The notes under the pieces: generated by a model
Told to the model about the DNA's origin: nothing
Databases searched by the model: none
The model's input: only the letters and a program-made list of their open reading frames with translations
Part shown: one piece after another, positions 1 through 8,887 of the stretch
Layout of the letters: each line of letters opens with the position of its first letter
Position numbering within the stretch: position 1 is the stretch's first letter
Assembly (NCBI GenBank): GCA_964346175.1
Contig: CAYFTG010000003.1
Location: forward strand, 1 to 64,000
DNA from: an uncultured Mageeibacillus sp.
Lineage (GTDB): Bacteria; Bacillota; Clostridia; Saccharofermentanales; DTU023
Direction of reading: 5' to 3'
Length of the DNA stretch: 64,000 bases
Made by a program: the position numbers and the translations under genes

Positions 1-258
1 TATAGTGGACTCTGGCTGAGAGCTGCTATCCCTTATGCTGTTACTGCAAGCCTAGCTCTTGCTTTTCCTACAATAGTTCATAAAATCATGAAGCTTTCTT
101 ATCAAGGTGTTTACCATGATATAGATAAGATCAATTTAACCTTCAGATTGGTTTTTATAATGCTCGGAGCTCTCTTGCTGTTTGATCTACTGCTACACGC
201 CGGCGTCATACGACGCTTACAAAAGAAGAGTGTGACTCGCCTCAAAGGAGAAAGATAA
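1..258 (+). CDS. 3' end of a membrane protein, partial at the window edge, possibly an ABC-type permease subunit. The 85-aa hydrophobic C-terminus reads ...LGALLLFDLLLHAGVIRRLQKKSVTRLKGER.
   Basis: An open frame runs from position 1 to TAA at 256-258, which overlaps the next ATG (TAATG junction). The tail is hydrophobic. The ORF track does not list it, probably because it lacks a start inside the window. Confidence 0.35.
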   Translation, partial: YSGLWLRAAIPYAVTASLALAFPTIVHKIMKLSYQGVYHDIDKINLTFRLVFIMLGALLLFDLLLHAGVIRRLQKKSVTRLKGER

Positions 259-347
259 TGAAATTGATTGAATGGAAAAACCTAGATAAATCATTTGGCC
301 CAACTGAGGTCTTACGTGATATGTCCGGTGGTATTGAAGAAGGGTAG
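258..347 (+). pseudogene. Truncated N-terminal remnant of an ABC transporter ATP-binding subunit, 29 codons followed by TAG.
   Basis: The translation MKLIEWKNLDKSFGPTEVLRDMSGGIEEG* matches the canonical start of ABC ATPases (IEvKNLsKsFG...VL..is..ieeGE). It stops immediately before the Walker A region would begin. The downstream sequence does not encode an ATPase in any frame. Confidence 0.45.
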
Positions 348-404
348 ATTACTCTCCGCAGGCTAATCGTGGTGACTAGCCTGCAAGGAGGTAGTTTGAT
401 TAGA

Positions 405-1637
405 TTAATTTATAAAACGTAAAATGTAGTACCTTTTCTTACCTAAGCGAACTATGCAGGAGCCTTCTTCATCCAGATCGCCAGAACTGATCATTTTGCC
501 CAAGTCGCTTACTGCTTGATCATTAAGGTAGAGGCCGCCTTGTTGCAGTAGCCGTCTAGCTTCGCTACGTGAGGCGACTATCTTATTATCTGCCAGGATT
601 TCGATTAAGGTCTTTTCCATCTCAGAAACTTGCAAATCATAAGTAGGGCTGTCGGATAAGTCACCTTTGCCGCTGAACAGAGCTTTAGCAGCAGCTGCTG
701 CACCACGAGCCTTCTCCTCGCCATGAACTAATGTAGTGACTTCGAAGGCAAGCTTTTCTTTCGCTTGGTTCAGCTCAGCTCCGCTTAGCTTGCTGTACTC
801 TGCAATTTCTTCCATAGGCATAAAGGTAAGTTGTTTCATGAATTTTACAACATCAGCGTCACTGACATTGCGGAGATATTGATAGAAGTCGTAAACAGAA
901 AATTTGTTCTCATCTAGCCAGACTGCTCCCTTTGCAGTTTTGCCCATCTTTTCGCCAGCACTGTTGGTTAACAAAGCGAAGGTCATCCCATAAGCGTCTT
1001 GATGCTCCACTTTGCGGATCAGATCCGCGCCGGCGATAATGTTGCTCCATTGATCGCTGCCTCCGATTTGCAGTCTACAACCGTACTTGCGGTATAGGTG
1101 GAGGAAATCATAGGCTTGCAGAAGGATGTAGTTGAATTCAAAGAAAGATAGTCCTTTTTCTAAGCGATTCTTATAACTATCTAACGAGAGCATTCGATTG
1201 ACAGAAAAGTGAACTCCGATTTCGCGCAAAAAATCGATATAGTTCAAATCTAGAAGCCAGTCAGCGTTATTGTCGATAATCGCTTTATCGTCAGAAAAAT
1301 CAATCAGACGAGACATTTGTGCGGCAAAACAGTCAACATTATGGTCGATGGTCTCTTTGGTCATTAGACTGCGCATATCTGTACGCCCGGTAGGATCGCC
1401 GATATGTCCAGTCCCGCCACCCATCAGAGCGATCGGGCGCAAACCGGCACGCTGCAAATGAGTCATCACCATTAACTGAATAAAATGTCCGATATGAAGG
1501 CTGTCTGCTGTGGGGTCAAAACCGACATAGAATGTAGCACCTTTTTGAGTCAAATACTGTCGTACTTCATCCTCATGGGTGACTTGCTCAATGTAGCCTC
1601 GTTCCAGCAAAACATCGTAAACATTTTTATTAGACAT
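405..1637 (-). CDS. tyrS: Tyrosyl-tRNA synthetase. The start is trimmed to the MSNKNVY Met, which is preceded by AAGGAGAA.
   Basis: HIGH-type motif ([13 protein letters not shown]), KMGKT (KMSKS) motif, and a C-terminal S4-like tail. The RBS sits 6 nt upstream of the internal Met. Confidence 0.93.
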   Translation of the reverse strand: MSNKNVYDVLLERGYIEQVTHEDEVRQYLTQKGATFYVGFDPTADSLHIGHFIQLMVMTHLQRAGLRPIALMGGGTGHIGDPTGRTDMRSLMTKETIDHNVDCFAAQMSRLIDFSDDKAIIDNNADWLLDLNYIDFLREIGVHFSVNRMLSLDSYKNRLEKGLSFFEFNYILLQAYDFLHLYRKYGCRLQIGGSDQWSNIIAGADLIRKVEHQDAYGMTFALLTNSAGEKMGKTAKGAVWLDENKFSVYDFYQYLRNVSDADVVKFMKQLTFMPMEEIAEYSKLSGAELNQAKEKLAFEVTTLVHGEEKARGAAAAAKALFSGKGDLSDSPTYDLQVSEMEKTLIEILADNKIVASRSEARRLLQQGGLYLNDQAVSDLGKMISSGDLDEEGSCIVRLGKKRYYILRFIN

Positions 1638-1717
1638 GCCGTTCTCCTTTTTTCTATTTATTAAATGATAGCCAATGATTGCCAATTATAGTCACTGACC
1701 TTGAATTGTGCAAATAT

Positions 1718-2956
1718 TTATATCTGCACGATTTGTCGCGTTTCCTCGGGTTTATGTGATTCGCGCAAGCGTGACTTCCAAAGATTGCCCGCTGCGAAAC
1801 ATTGCTCCATTTGAAGTAGTGCTCTGTCTCCATTAACTTGACGCCAATCTGCGCTGCGTGTTATTACAGGCAAAGTAGCACAGTCTTTCATATAACGAAG
1901 TAAGGTTCTGCCGCGCTTTGAAAAACCGAGTATGCGCAAAAAACTAACTTCTGAATTAAAAGAGTCTTCCCGGCGGATAGCAAGAATGGCGGAGAGGAAG
2001 GCACGACGCACGCGCGATAAGGGGAAAGTGCGTGTCGCAATGGAATCCAGAAAATCATAGAAGTTGGCAGAACTTAGGGTCACATCGAGCTTTCTTAACT
2101 GATTGATAAATCGATCAGCCAAGCCGCCCTGCATTCCTTGAATTTCTTTCAAACTTTCGCGGTCCCGCCAAATCTTCTGTGAGTAGATAAGGGGGGCGAA
2201 ATCAGACAGGAAAACCGGAGCTTCGCCTTTTTGATAAGCAAGGATTAGTTCTGCTAATGAAGTCGCAGTCATGTAAGGGTGCAGCGTTCGCAGAAGTTCT
2301 CCCTTTGTGTGTTCGGGATTCACTGCACACGCTTCGGCTACGAGTTCTCGGATCCTATTAGCGGAAAATTTATCTTTGCGATATAAGGCTAGGGGATAGC
2401 TTTCTAAAGGGGAAGCACTTTTGATAATGGACTTTTCATATTCCACAGCTAGGATAGAGTTGCTGTGCGCCAGGAGCTCTCCTGCCGCTTTACTTTCCAT
2501 GCAATCGCTAAGCGCTGCCTGGCGAGCGGCTGCAAAGCCCATGCCTAGGCGGATATTCTGATCAAGCAAGCTTTTAAACTCGGAATTCTCGTCTACTAAG
2601 AAGGCGGCCACTTCCTTAAGTACTTGAGGAGACTCGCTGTCTTCACTGCCATAAGCTAGATTTTGGACGACTCCACTTGCCTGAAGTAGTTGAATGCCGG
2701 CAGTTGCAAAACTTTCAGCTGAATCAAGTACGAAATTAACGGGAATCTCTATGACTAGATCGATCCCCTCTCGAAGTGCAGCACGCACTCGATGAGAAGT
2801 GTCGTAGAGGGCAGGTTCACCTCTCTGAGTAAAAGAAGCAGACATGACCGTCACAATTCCAACTCGATCGGAAAATTTATCTCGAATCTGCCGAATGAGT
2901 TCTCTGTGCCCTCGATGAAAGGGATTAAATTCACTTACAATGCCACAAGTTATCAT
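1718..2956 (-). CDS. tmcAL: tRNA(Met) cytidine acetate ligase (YlbM/TmcAL family nucleotidyltransferase).
   Basis: The N-terminus GIVSEFNPFHRGH is the signature of the YlbM/TmcAL HIGH-like nucleotidyltransferases. It is about 410 aa and sits upstream of tyrS on the same strand. Confidence 0.78.
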   Translation of the reverse strand: MITCGIVSEFNPFHRGHRELIRQIRDKFSDRVGIVTVMSASFTQRGEPALYDTSHRVRAALREGIDLVIEIPVNFVLDSAESFATAGIQLLQASGVVQNLAYGSEDSESPQVLKEVAAFLVDENSEFKSLLDQNIRLGMGFAAARQAALSDCMESKAAGELLAHSNSILAVEYEKSIIKSASPLESYPLALYRKDKFSANRIRELVAEACAVNPEHTKGELLRTLHPYMTATSLAELILAYQKGEAPVFLSDFAPLIYSQKIWRDRESLKEIQGMQGGLADRFINQLRKLDVTLSSANFYDFLDSIATRTFPLSRVRRAFLSAILAIRREDSFNSEVSFLRILGFSKRGRTLLRYMKDCATLPVITRSADWRQVNGDRALLQMEQCFAAGNLWKSRLRESHKPEETRQIVQI

Positions 2957-3153
2957 ATGTTTTGCTTTTTATGCCTACTCTTTTTCTTGATTACTATCAG
3001 CTTATCATTTTTAAGAAAAATTATTTCACAATAGATCTATATATCATTTTTTAGTATACTTACAAATAAGCATTATTCGATTATCGTAGAAAACATTTTT
3101 AAAAAATGACCGGGTTAAGATACCCAAGACTAGAAAGTACAGAGGAGTATTTT

Positions 3154-4488
3154 ATGGGACTGATAAAAGCTGGAATTGGCGCTCTAGGCGGAACGCTGGC
3201 AGATCAGTGGAAAGAGTTTTTCTACTGTGATTCCTTGGATGCAAACACTCTGGTCGACAGAGGCGAGAAACGTATCGGAAGCCGTTCTTCAAACGTAAAA
3301 GGGAACGATAATATCATTTCCAACGGTAGCGGCATTGCTGTCGCCGATGGACAGTGCATGCTCATCGTAGAACAAGGTGAAATCGTAGAAGTTTCGGCTG
3401 AGCCCGGTGAGTACACCTACGACACTTCTACAGAGCCAAGTATTTTCGCCGGCAGTCTCGGTGAAAGTATCAAGAAAACATTCCAAACTATAGGTAGACG
3501 CTTTACGTACGGCGGAGATACCGGTAAGGATCAGCGCGTTTATTATGTCAACACCAAAGAGATCGTTGGCAATAAGTTTGGAACCCCCAATCCGATTTCA
3601 TTTAGAGTTGTAGACGCGAACATTAATCTTGACATAGACGTGTCAGTTCGCGCGAACGGTGTCTATTCTTACAAAATAGTTGATCCACTTCTTTTTTATA
3701 GAAATGTGACGGGAAATGTCGAGACTACCTATCGTAGAGAGGAAATTGACAGCCAATTGAAGTCTGAGTTCCTGCATTATCTGGCTCCGGCCTTCGCCCG
3801 TATATCTACTATGGGCGTGCGGCCCAATCAGCTTGTTGGTATGAATAGAGAGATAGCAGAAGCTCTGCAAATAGAGCTGACTGAACAATGGACCGAGCTG
3901 CGTGGCTTAGAGATCGTTAGCATCGGCCTCAACTCGGTTACACTCCCGCCAGAAGATGAAGAATTGATCAAACAAGCTCAGCGCGCAGCTATCATGCGTG
4001 ATCCGAGCATGGCCGCCGCTACACTGGTCGCTGCTCAATCCGACGCTATGAAAGGTGCTGCCACAAATGAAGGTGGTGCCATTACCGGCTTTATGGGACT
4101 GGGTATGGCACAATCGGCCGGAGGTGCAGATGCGGAGGCCCTGTTCCGTATGGGTGATCAGAAGAAGGCTGAAGAGGCTGCAAAGTCAGCCGGAATGACT
4201 AAAGCAGAAGATGGTAGCTGGATGTGCCAATGTGGTACTGACAATACCGGCAAATTCTGCAAGGAATGTGGTGAAGCTAAACCGCAAGAAGAGCCGGGCT
4301 GGCAATGCTCTTGTGGCGAAGTAAACCAAGGTAAATTCTGTAAAGAATGCGGCAAAAAGAAACCTCCGAGTGCCCCGTTGTATCGTTGTGACAACTGCGG
4401 TTATGAGCCTGATGATCCGGAAAACCCACCTAAATTTTGTCCCGAATGCGGCGATGTGTTCGATGAAAATGACCAGATTAGCGAGTAA
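3154..4488 (+). CDS. SPFH/band-7 domain protein with a C-terminal triple zinc-ribbon tail (B. subtilis YdjI-like).
   Basis: N-terminal SPFH-like domain. A Gly/Ala/Met-rich linker follows, then three tandem CxxC...CxxC ribbons (KFCKECG x2, KFCPECG). The start is reassigned to MGLIKAGIG, preceded by GAGGAG. Confidence 0.75.
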   Translation: MGLIKAGIGALGGTLADQWKEFFYCDSLDANTLVDRGEKRIGSRSSNVKGNDNIISNGSGIAVADGQCMLIVEQGEIVEVSAEPGEYTYDTSTEPSIFAGSLGESIKKTFQTIGRRFTYGGDTGKDQRVYYVNTKEIVGNKFGTPNPISFRVVDANINLDIDVSVRANGVYSYKIVDPLLFYRNVTGNVETTYRREEIDSQLKSEFLHYLAPAFARISTMGVRPNQLVGMNREIAEALQIELTEQWTELRGLEIVSIGLNSVTLPPEDEELIKQAQRAAIMRDPSMAAATLVAAQSDAMKGAATNEGGAITGFMGLGMAQSAGGADAEALFRMGDQKKAEEAAKSAGMTKAEDGSWMCQCGTDNTGKFCKECGEAKPQEEPGWQCSCGEVNQGKFCKECGKKKPPSAPLYRCDNCGYEPDDPENPPKFCPECGDVFDENDQISE

Positions 4489-4531
4489 ATAATTCTAATT
4501 TGAATATTATTTAGACCGGGCGGAGGAAATA

Positions 4532-5608
4532 ATGTCGACTTTAGAGCAATATAAGTGCCCTAGCTGTGGTGGCCCCGTAGTATTTAATACTGATTTACAA
4601 CAGTTGCAGTGTCAGATGTGTAGCAATGTGTATTCACCGACTGCCTTTGAAGGTAACGAGGAACTTGCCAAAAGCGAGGCACCGGACAATGTATCCTGGT
4701 CTTATGACGAAGAGGAGTGGCGGGAAGAGGAAGCGGAGCAATTGCTGACCTATTCCTGCCCCTCTTGTGGCGGTGAAGTTGTAGGCGACGAAACCATGGC
4801 TGCAACTTCCTGTCCCTATTGCGACAATTCGGTAATTATCCCCTCACAGTTTTCCGGTGATCTGAGACCGGATTTAGTTTTGCCCTTTCAATTGGATAGA
4901 GAGGCTGCCAAAGGCGCCTTGAAACGGCACATGAAAGGTAAACGTTTCGTCCCGAAAGTCTTCATAGATGAACATCATATAGATGAAATTAAAGGTATTT
5001 ATGTGCCGTTCTGGCTCTTTGATGCTGATGTAGATGCGAGTATTAGCTACGAAGCCATTCGTACGCGGATGTGGAGTGATTCGCAATACAACTTTACAGA
5101 AACTAACAAATATGCTGTTTATCGTGAAGGGAGTGTTCGTTTCGAGCAAATCCCGGTTGACGGCTCGAGCAGGATGGCGGACGACCTAATGGAATCTATT
5201 GAACCCTTCGATTGTAACTCGGCGGTTCCGTTTGACACTGCTTATTTATCAGGTTTTCTAGCAAATCGCTACGACGTTAATGCTGATGAAAGTATGGAAC
5301 GGGCTAGGAATCGTATTAAGACCAGTACAGAAGAGTCTTTCATCAATTCCGTTCGTGGCTATGATTCAGTGCGCTCCGTCAGCAGCTCCATTAACATGAA
5401 AAACGGTGCAATCACTTATGCACTTTTCCCGGTATGGATTCTAAATACGAAATGGGAGAACCAACTTTATACTTTTGCCATGAATGGGCAAAGTGGAAAG
5501 ATTGCCGGCAACCTGCCCTTGGACAAAAAGGCCTATTGGCGCATGTTTATAATTATGGCAGCCATAATTACCGGTCTGATCTTTCTTTTGTTTTTCTTGC
5601 TGTGGTAA
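4532..5608 (+). CDS. Membrane-anchored zinc-ribbon protein (YdjG-like) with two N-terminal CPxCG ribbons and a C-terminal TM helix.
   Basis: Motifs CPSCGGPV...CQMC and CPSCGGEV...CPYC, and a C-terminal hydrophobic helix (IIMAAIITGLIFLLFFLLW). Good RBS GGAGGAAATAATG. Confidence 0.6.
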   Translation: MSTLEQYKCPSCGGPVVFNTDLQQLQCQMCSNVYSPTAFEGNEELAKSEAPDNVSWSYDEEEWREEEAEQLLTYSCPSCGGEVVGDETMAATSCPYCDNSVIIPSQFSGDLRPDLVLPFQLDREAAKGALKRHMKGKRFVPKVFIDEHHIDEIKGIYVPFWLFDADVDASISYEAIRTRMWSDSQYNFTETNKYAVYREGSVRFEQIPVDGSSRMADDLMESIEPFDCNSAVPFDTAYLSGFLANRYDVNADESMERARNRIKTSTEESFINSVRGYDSVRSVSSSINMKNGAITYALFPVWILNTKWENQLYTFAMNGQSGKIAGNLPLDKKAYWRMFIIMAAIITGLIFLLFFLLW

Positions 5609-5620
5609 GAGGAGAAAACT

Positions 5621-6427
5621 ATGAAAGAAACTAAACTAATGAAAAATGTCACTCGCTTTCTGCTATTTTTGGCTGCTATTTTTGTTCTCTCCTTAAACTT
5701 TATACCTGTAGCGGCAGCTGCTAGCTACAGACTTGATGATCAAGCAGGACTCCTGACAGAAGAGGAGCAGTCCTTTTTTGCAGCTGAACTCGATCGTATC
5801 AGTGAGCGCTATGCTTGTGATATTGTTATCTTGACACTGGGAGAAGACGTTAGCGTCTTCAATCCGACTGACTATGCCGATACTTATTTTGAAGAACGGA
5901 ATTTAGGGCTTGGTGCTGATCAAAGCGGAATGTTGTTTATGCTAAGTATGGCGGAGCGAGATTGGGCTATCGCGACACACGGTGAAGCTATTGATATTTT
6001 TAATGATTATGCTCAAGAAGAATTGATAAACGAGATTCTGCCTGCCCTCGGCGATAATAATATGTCAGCTGCTTTTGCAGACTTGCTGTCTTACAGTGAA
6101 ATTATTTTGGAAAATGCTGAAAAAGGCGTTTACGCAGAGCCAAGTCGGCCTTTTTTCTTCTATCTCATACCACCGGCTCTAGGATTGCTCCTTACGTCTA
6201 TAATCATGAGAAGCTTAAAATCTCCTTTAACTTCGGTAGGTTTACACGCTTCTGCCTCTTCTTATTTGCTTGACGACAGTCTGGCGATAGCCACTGCGAA
6301 TGATTTTTTCCTGTCAAGTTCCATTGCGCGCACAATCATCCCCAGCAGCAGTGGTGGTGGCGGCAGAAGTACCACTCATAAGAGTTCTTCTGGTAGGACT
6401 TTCGGCGGCTCCAGCGGGAAATTCTAA
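5621..6427 (+). CDS. TPM-domain (YgcG/YdjH-like) secreted or membrane protein with a TM segment and a Gly/Ser-rich C-terminal tail.
   Basis: Signal peptide, then a TPM phosphatase-like core (YRLDDQAGLLTEEEQ...DIVILTLGED...MLFMLSMAERDWAIATHGEA). A TM segment follows, and the protein ends SSSGGGGRS...GGSSGKF. Confidence 0.7.
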   Translation: MKETKLMKNVTRFLLFLAAIFVLSLNFIPVAAAASYRLDDQAGLLTEEEQSFFAAELDRISERYACDIVILTLGEDVSVFNPTDYADTYFEERNLGLGADQSGMLFMLSMAERDWAIATHGEAIDIFNDYAQEELINEILPALGDNNMSAAFADLLSYSEIILENAEKGVYAEPSRPFFFYLIPPALGLLLTSIIMRSLKSPLTSVGLHASASSYLLDDSLAIATANDFFLSSSIARTIIPSSSGGGGRSTTHKSSSGRTFGGSSGKF

Positions 6428-6575
6428 TACTGTCTGGTGCCTCAAGAAGCTATAAGGCAGAAACTTTCGATCTTTTAGTAGAAATAGATAAATATTAGCG
6501 TCTTTTATAGAGAAAGGCGCTATTCATTATGGTATAATTTCTAAGGTTATGCATCGAAAGCATAAGGAGGGGCAC

Positions 6576-7580
6576 ATGTCTTTTAAAGAAAATATTCTGC
6601 GGAAGTCAAAGGCTGCAGGAAAAACAATTGTATTGCCGGAAAGTGACGATCCTCGAGTTGCAGAAGCAGCAGCGATAATATTGGCGGAAAAGGTCGCCAA
6701 GATTATATTGATCGGTGATAAAGCCGAAATTACAAGTCTTTATCCCGATCTCGATTTGTCTGAGGCAGTGTTTGAGGATCCGAACACAAGCAATTTACGG
6801 GAAGAATTCAATCAGAAATATCTCGACTTACGTAAACATAAAGGCTGCACTGAAGCAGATGCTGTAGAAGCAATGGGTGAGCCTATACCATTTGGCGTTA
6901 TGATGGTTAAAGCCGGGCTCGCTGATGGTTTAGTTGCAGGTGCAGTACATAGTACAGCAGACACTTTACGTCCTGCTTTGCGCATTTTGCGTACTAAACC
7001 CGGTACTAAACTGGTGTCATCGTTCATTCTGATAGACAGTTCTGAAAAGGAATATGGCGAAGACGGCTTAATCCTTTTCTCCGACTGCGCACTCATGATT
7101 GATCCGGATGCGGAAGAACTGTCGGAGATAGCGCTTTGCTCGGCTGAGTCATTCAAAAGTCTCACAGGTAAGGAAGCACGGGTCGCGATGTTATCCTTCT
7201 CTACTTGGGGTAGTGGTATAGGGGAGTCTGTAGAGAAAGTTGCAGCAGCTACTGCTCTTGTTAAGGAGAAGAATCCTGATTTAATCATTGAAGGTGAATT
7301 TCAAGCAGATACCGCTATTGTGCCCTCAGTAGCAGCTCGAAAGGCTCCTGACAGCGTGATCGCAGGAAGAGCTAATTGTCTGATTTTCCCTGATCTCAAT
7401 TCGGCGAATATTTCCTACAAACTGGTTCAGCGCTTAGGCAATGCTGCAGCCTATGGACCCATACTCCAAGGCTTGGCTAAACCGATTAATGACCTTTCGC
7501 GAGGAGCGAGCGTCGAAGATATCGTTGGTGTCGTAGCACTAACCAGTGTCCAAAGCACACTGGAAGACGAATTAAATTAG
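6576..7580 (+). CDS. pta: Phosphate acetyltransferase.
   Basis: Typical Pta sequence (MSFKENILRKSKAAGKTIVLPESDDPRV...). The start is reassigned to the Met after AAGGAGGGG. Confidence 0.9.
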   Translation: MSFKENILRKSKAAGKTIVLPESDDPRVAEAAAIILAEKVAKIILIGDKAEITSLYPDLDLSEAVFEDPNTSNLREEFNQKYLDLRKHKGCTEADAVEAMGEPIPFGVMMVKAGLADGLVAGAVHSTADTLRPALRILRTKPGTKLVSSFILIDSSEKEYGEDGLILFSDCALMIDPDAEELSEIALCSAESFKSLTGKEARVAMLSFSTWGSGIGESVEKVAAATALVKEKNPDLIIEGEFQADTAIVPSVAARKAPDSVIAGRANCLIFPDLNSANISYKLVQRLGNAAAYGPILQGLAKPINDLSRGASVEDIVGVVALTSVQSTLEDELN

Positions 7581-7623
7581 AAGTAATTTATAAATAAATT
7601 TAAAATATTTAGGAGAATAATTA

Positions 7624-8853
7624 ATGAACATCTTAGTAATCAATTCGGGCAGCTCGTCGTTGAAATATCAATTGTTGGATTTCGAGAATAAAATCGTAAT
7701 GGCCAAGGGCTTGTGTGAACGTATCGGTATTGGTGGGTCCTTGTTTACTCACCAAAACAGCAACGGTTATAAAATTGTTAAAGAGAAGCACGAAATGCCG
7801 GACCATCGGGAAGCGGCTAGGCGCATGGTAGATGCCCTTTTAGATCAGAATCATCCAATAATTAGCTCTCTTGAGGAGATAGACGGTATTGGTCATCGCG
7901 TGGTACACGGAGGACCCATTTTCTCTGAACCGGCGATTGTTAATGAGGAAGTTAAGGAATCTATTCGCAAAACCTACGACTGGGGCCCTTTGCATAACCC
8001 TGCCAACATGATGGGAATTGAAGCTTGTGAAAAGCTAATGCCGGGTGTACCTCAAGTCTGCGTTTTTGATACTGCTTTTCATCAGACCTTGCCACCGGAA
8101 GCTTATATGTACGGTTTGCCTTATCGCTATTATGAGAAATACCAGATTCGCCGTTACGGCTTTCACGGCACCAGCCATATGTTTGTATCTCGCCGCTGCG
8201 CAGATATTACTAAATTCAAAGCCTCTACCTTGAAACTGGTAACTTGCCATCTCGGCAACGGTTCCTCATTTGCTGCTGTTAAGGGTGGCAAGAGTGTCGA
8301 TACATCAATGGGACTTACGCCTTTAGCCGGAATTATTATGGGTACACGTTGTGGTGATATCGATCCTGCTATTGTTCCTTATATTGCCGAACTTGAAGGA
8401 ATCACTTGTGCTGAGGTTGATAAGATCATGAACTCAGAGAGCGGCGTACAGGGAATTTCCGGTGTCAGTTCCGACTTCCGCGACCTTGAAGATGCTGCAG
8501 CAGCCGGTAACGAGCGTGCTAAGCTGGCATTGTCTATGTTCTATTATCAGACTAGTAAGATTATCGGTTCTTATGCAGCAGTGCTGAATGGATTGGAAGC
8601 TCTTGTCTTTACAGCCGGAATAGGAGAGAATGATCCGAAGTTGCGTCAAACCGTATGTGATCAATTGGCCTATCTTGGGATCAAATTGGATCCGGAAGCT
8701 AATAAGGTCAGGGGAGAAGAACGCAAGATCTCAACCGAAGATTCCGCAGTAGAGGTATATGTCATCCCTACAAACGAAGAACTGTCTATTGCTAGACAGA
8801 CCGTTGAGATATTGGATTTAGATAAGTGCAACTTGGAAGATAGACCTTGTTAG
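7624..8853 (+). CDS. ackA: Acetate kinase.
   Basis: Starts MNILVINSGSSSLKYQL and has the conserved acetate/propionate kinase motifs. Confidence 0.95.
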   Translation: MNILVINSGSSSLKYQLLDFENKIVMAKGLCERIGIGGSLFTHQNSNGYKIVKEKHEMPDHREAARRMVDALLDQNHPIISSLEEIDGIGHRVVHGGPIFSEPAIVNEEVKESIRKTYDWGPLHNPANMMGIEACEKLMPGVPQVCVFDTAFHQTLPPEAYMYGLPYRYYEKYQIRRYGFHGTSHMFVSRRCADITKFKASTLKLVTCHLGNGSSFAAVKGGKSVDTSMGLTPLAGIIMGTRCGDIDPAIVPYIAELEGITCAEVDKIMNSESGVQGISGVSSDFRDLEDAAAAGNERAKLALSMFYYQTSKIIGSYAAVLNGLEALVFTAGIGENDPKLRQTVCDQLAYLGIKLDPEANKVRGEERKISTEDSAVEVYVIPTNEELSIARQTVEILDLDKCNLEDRPC

Positions 8854-8887
8854 TACTTCAGTAATTAGAATAGGACTGTGAGATAAG

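Noticed and set aside
363-390. Hairpin GCAGGCTA-atcgtggtgac-TAGCCTGC between the ABC remnant and tyrS.
   Set aside because: No U-tract follows it on either strand, so a terminator role is unsupported. It may simply mark the deletion junction.
2957-3153. Possible T-box riboswitch for the tmcAL-tyrS operon.
   Set aside because: No T-box motif (AAnnnGGGTGGnACCGCG or its complement) is present. The region is under 200 nt and is shared with a divergent promoter. The tmcAL-tyrS gap of 80 nt is too short for a leader.
6812-7288. Antisense and nested ORFs of 60-160 aa within pta, glgP, dxs, recN and parC (e.g. 6812-7288, 62453-63040, 48371-48625).
   Set aside because: They lie entirely inside well-supported genes on the opposite strand or in other frames. 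They have low-complexity composition (Ser/Arg/Cys-rich) typical of shadow ORFs.
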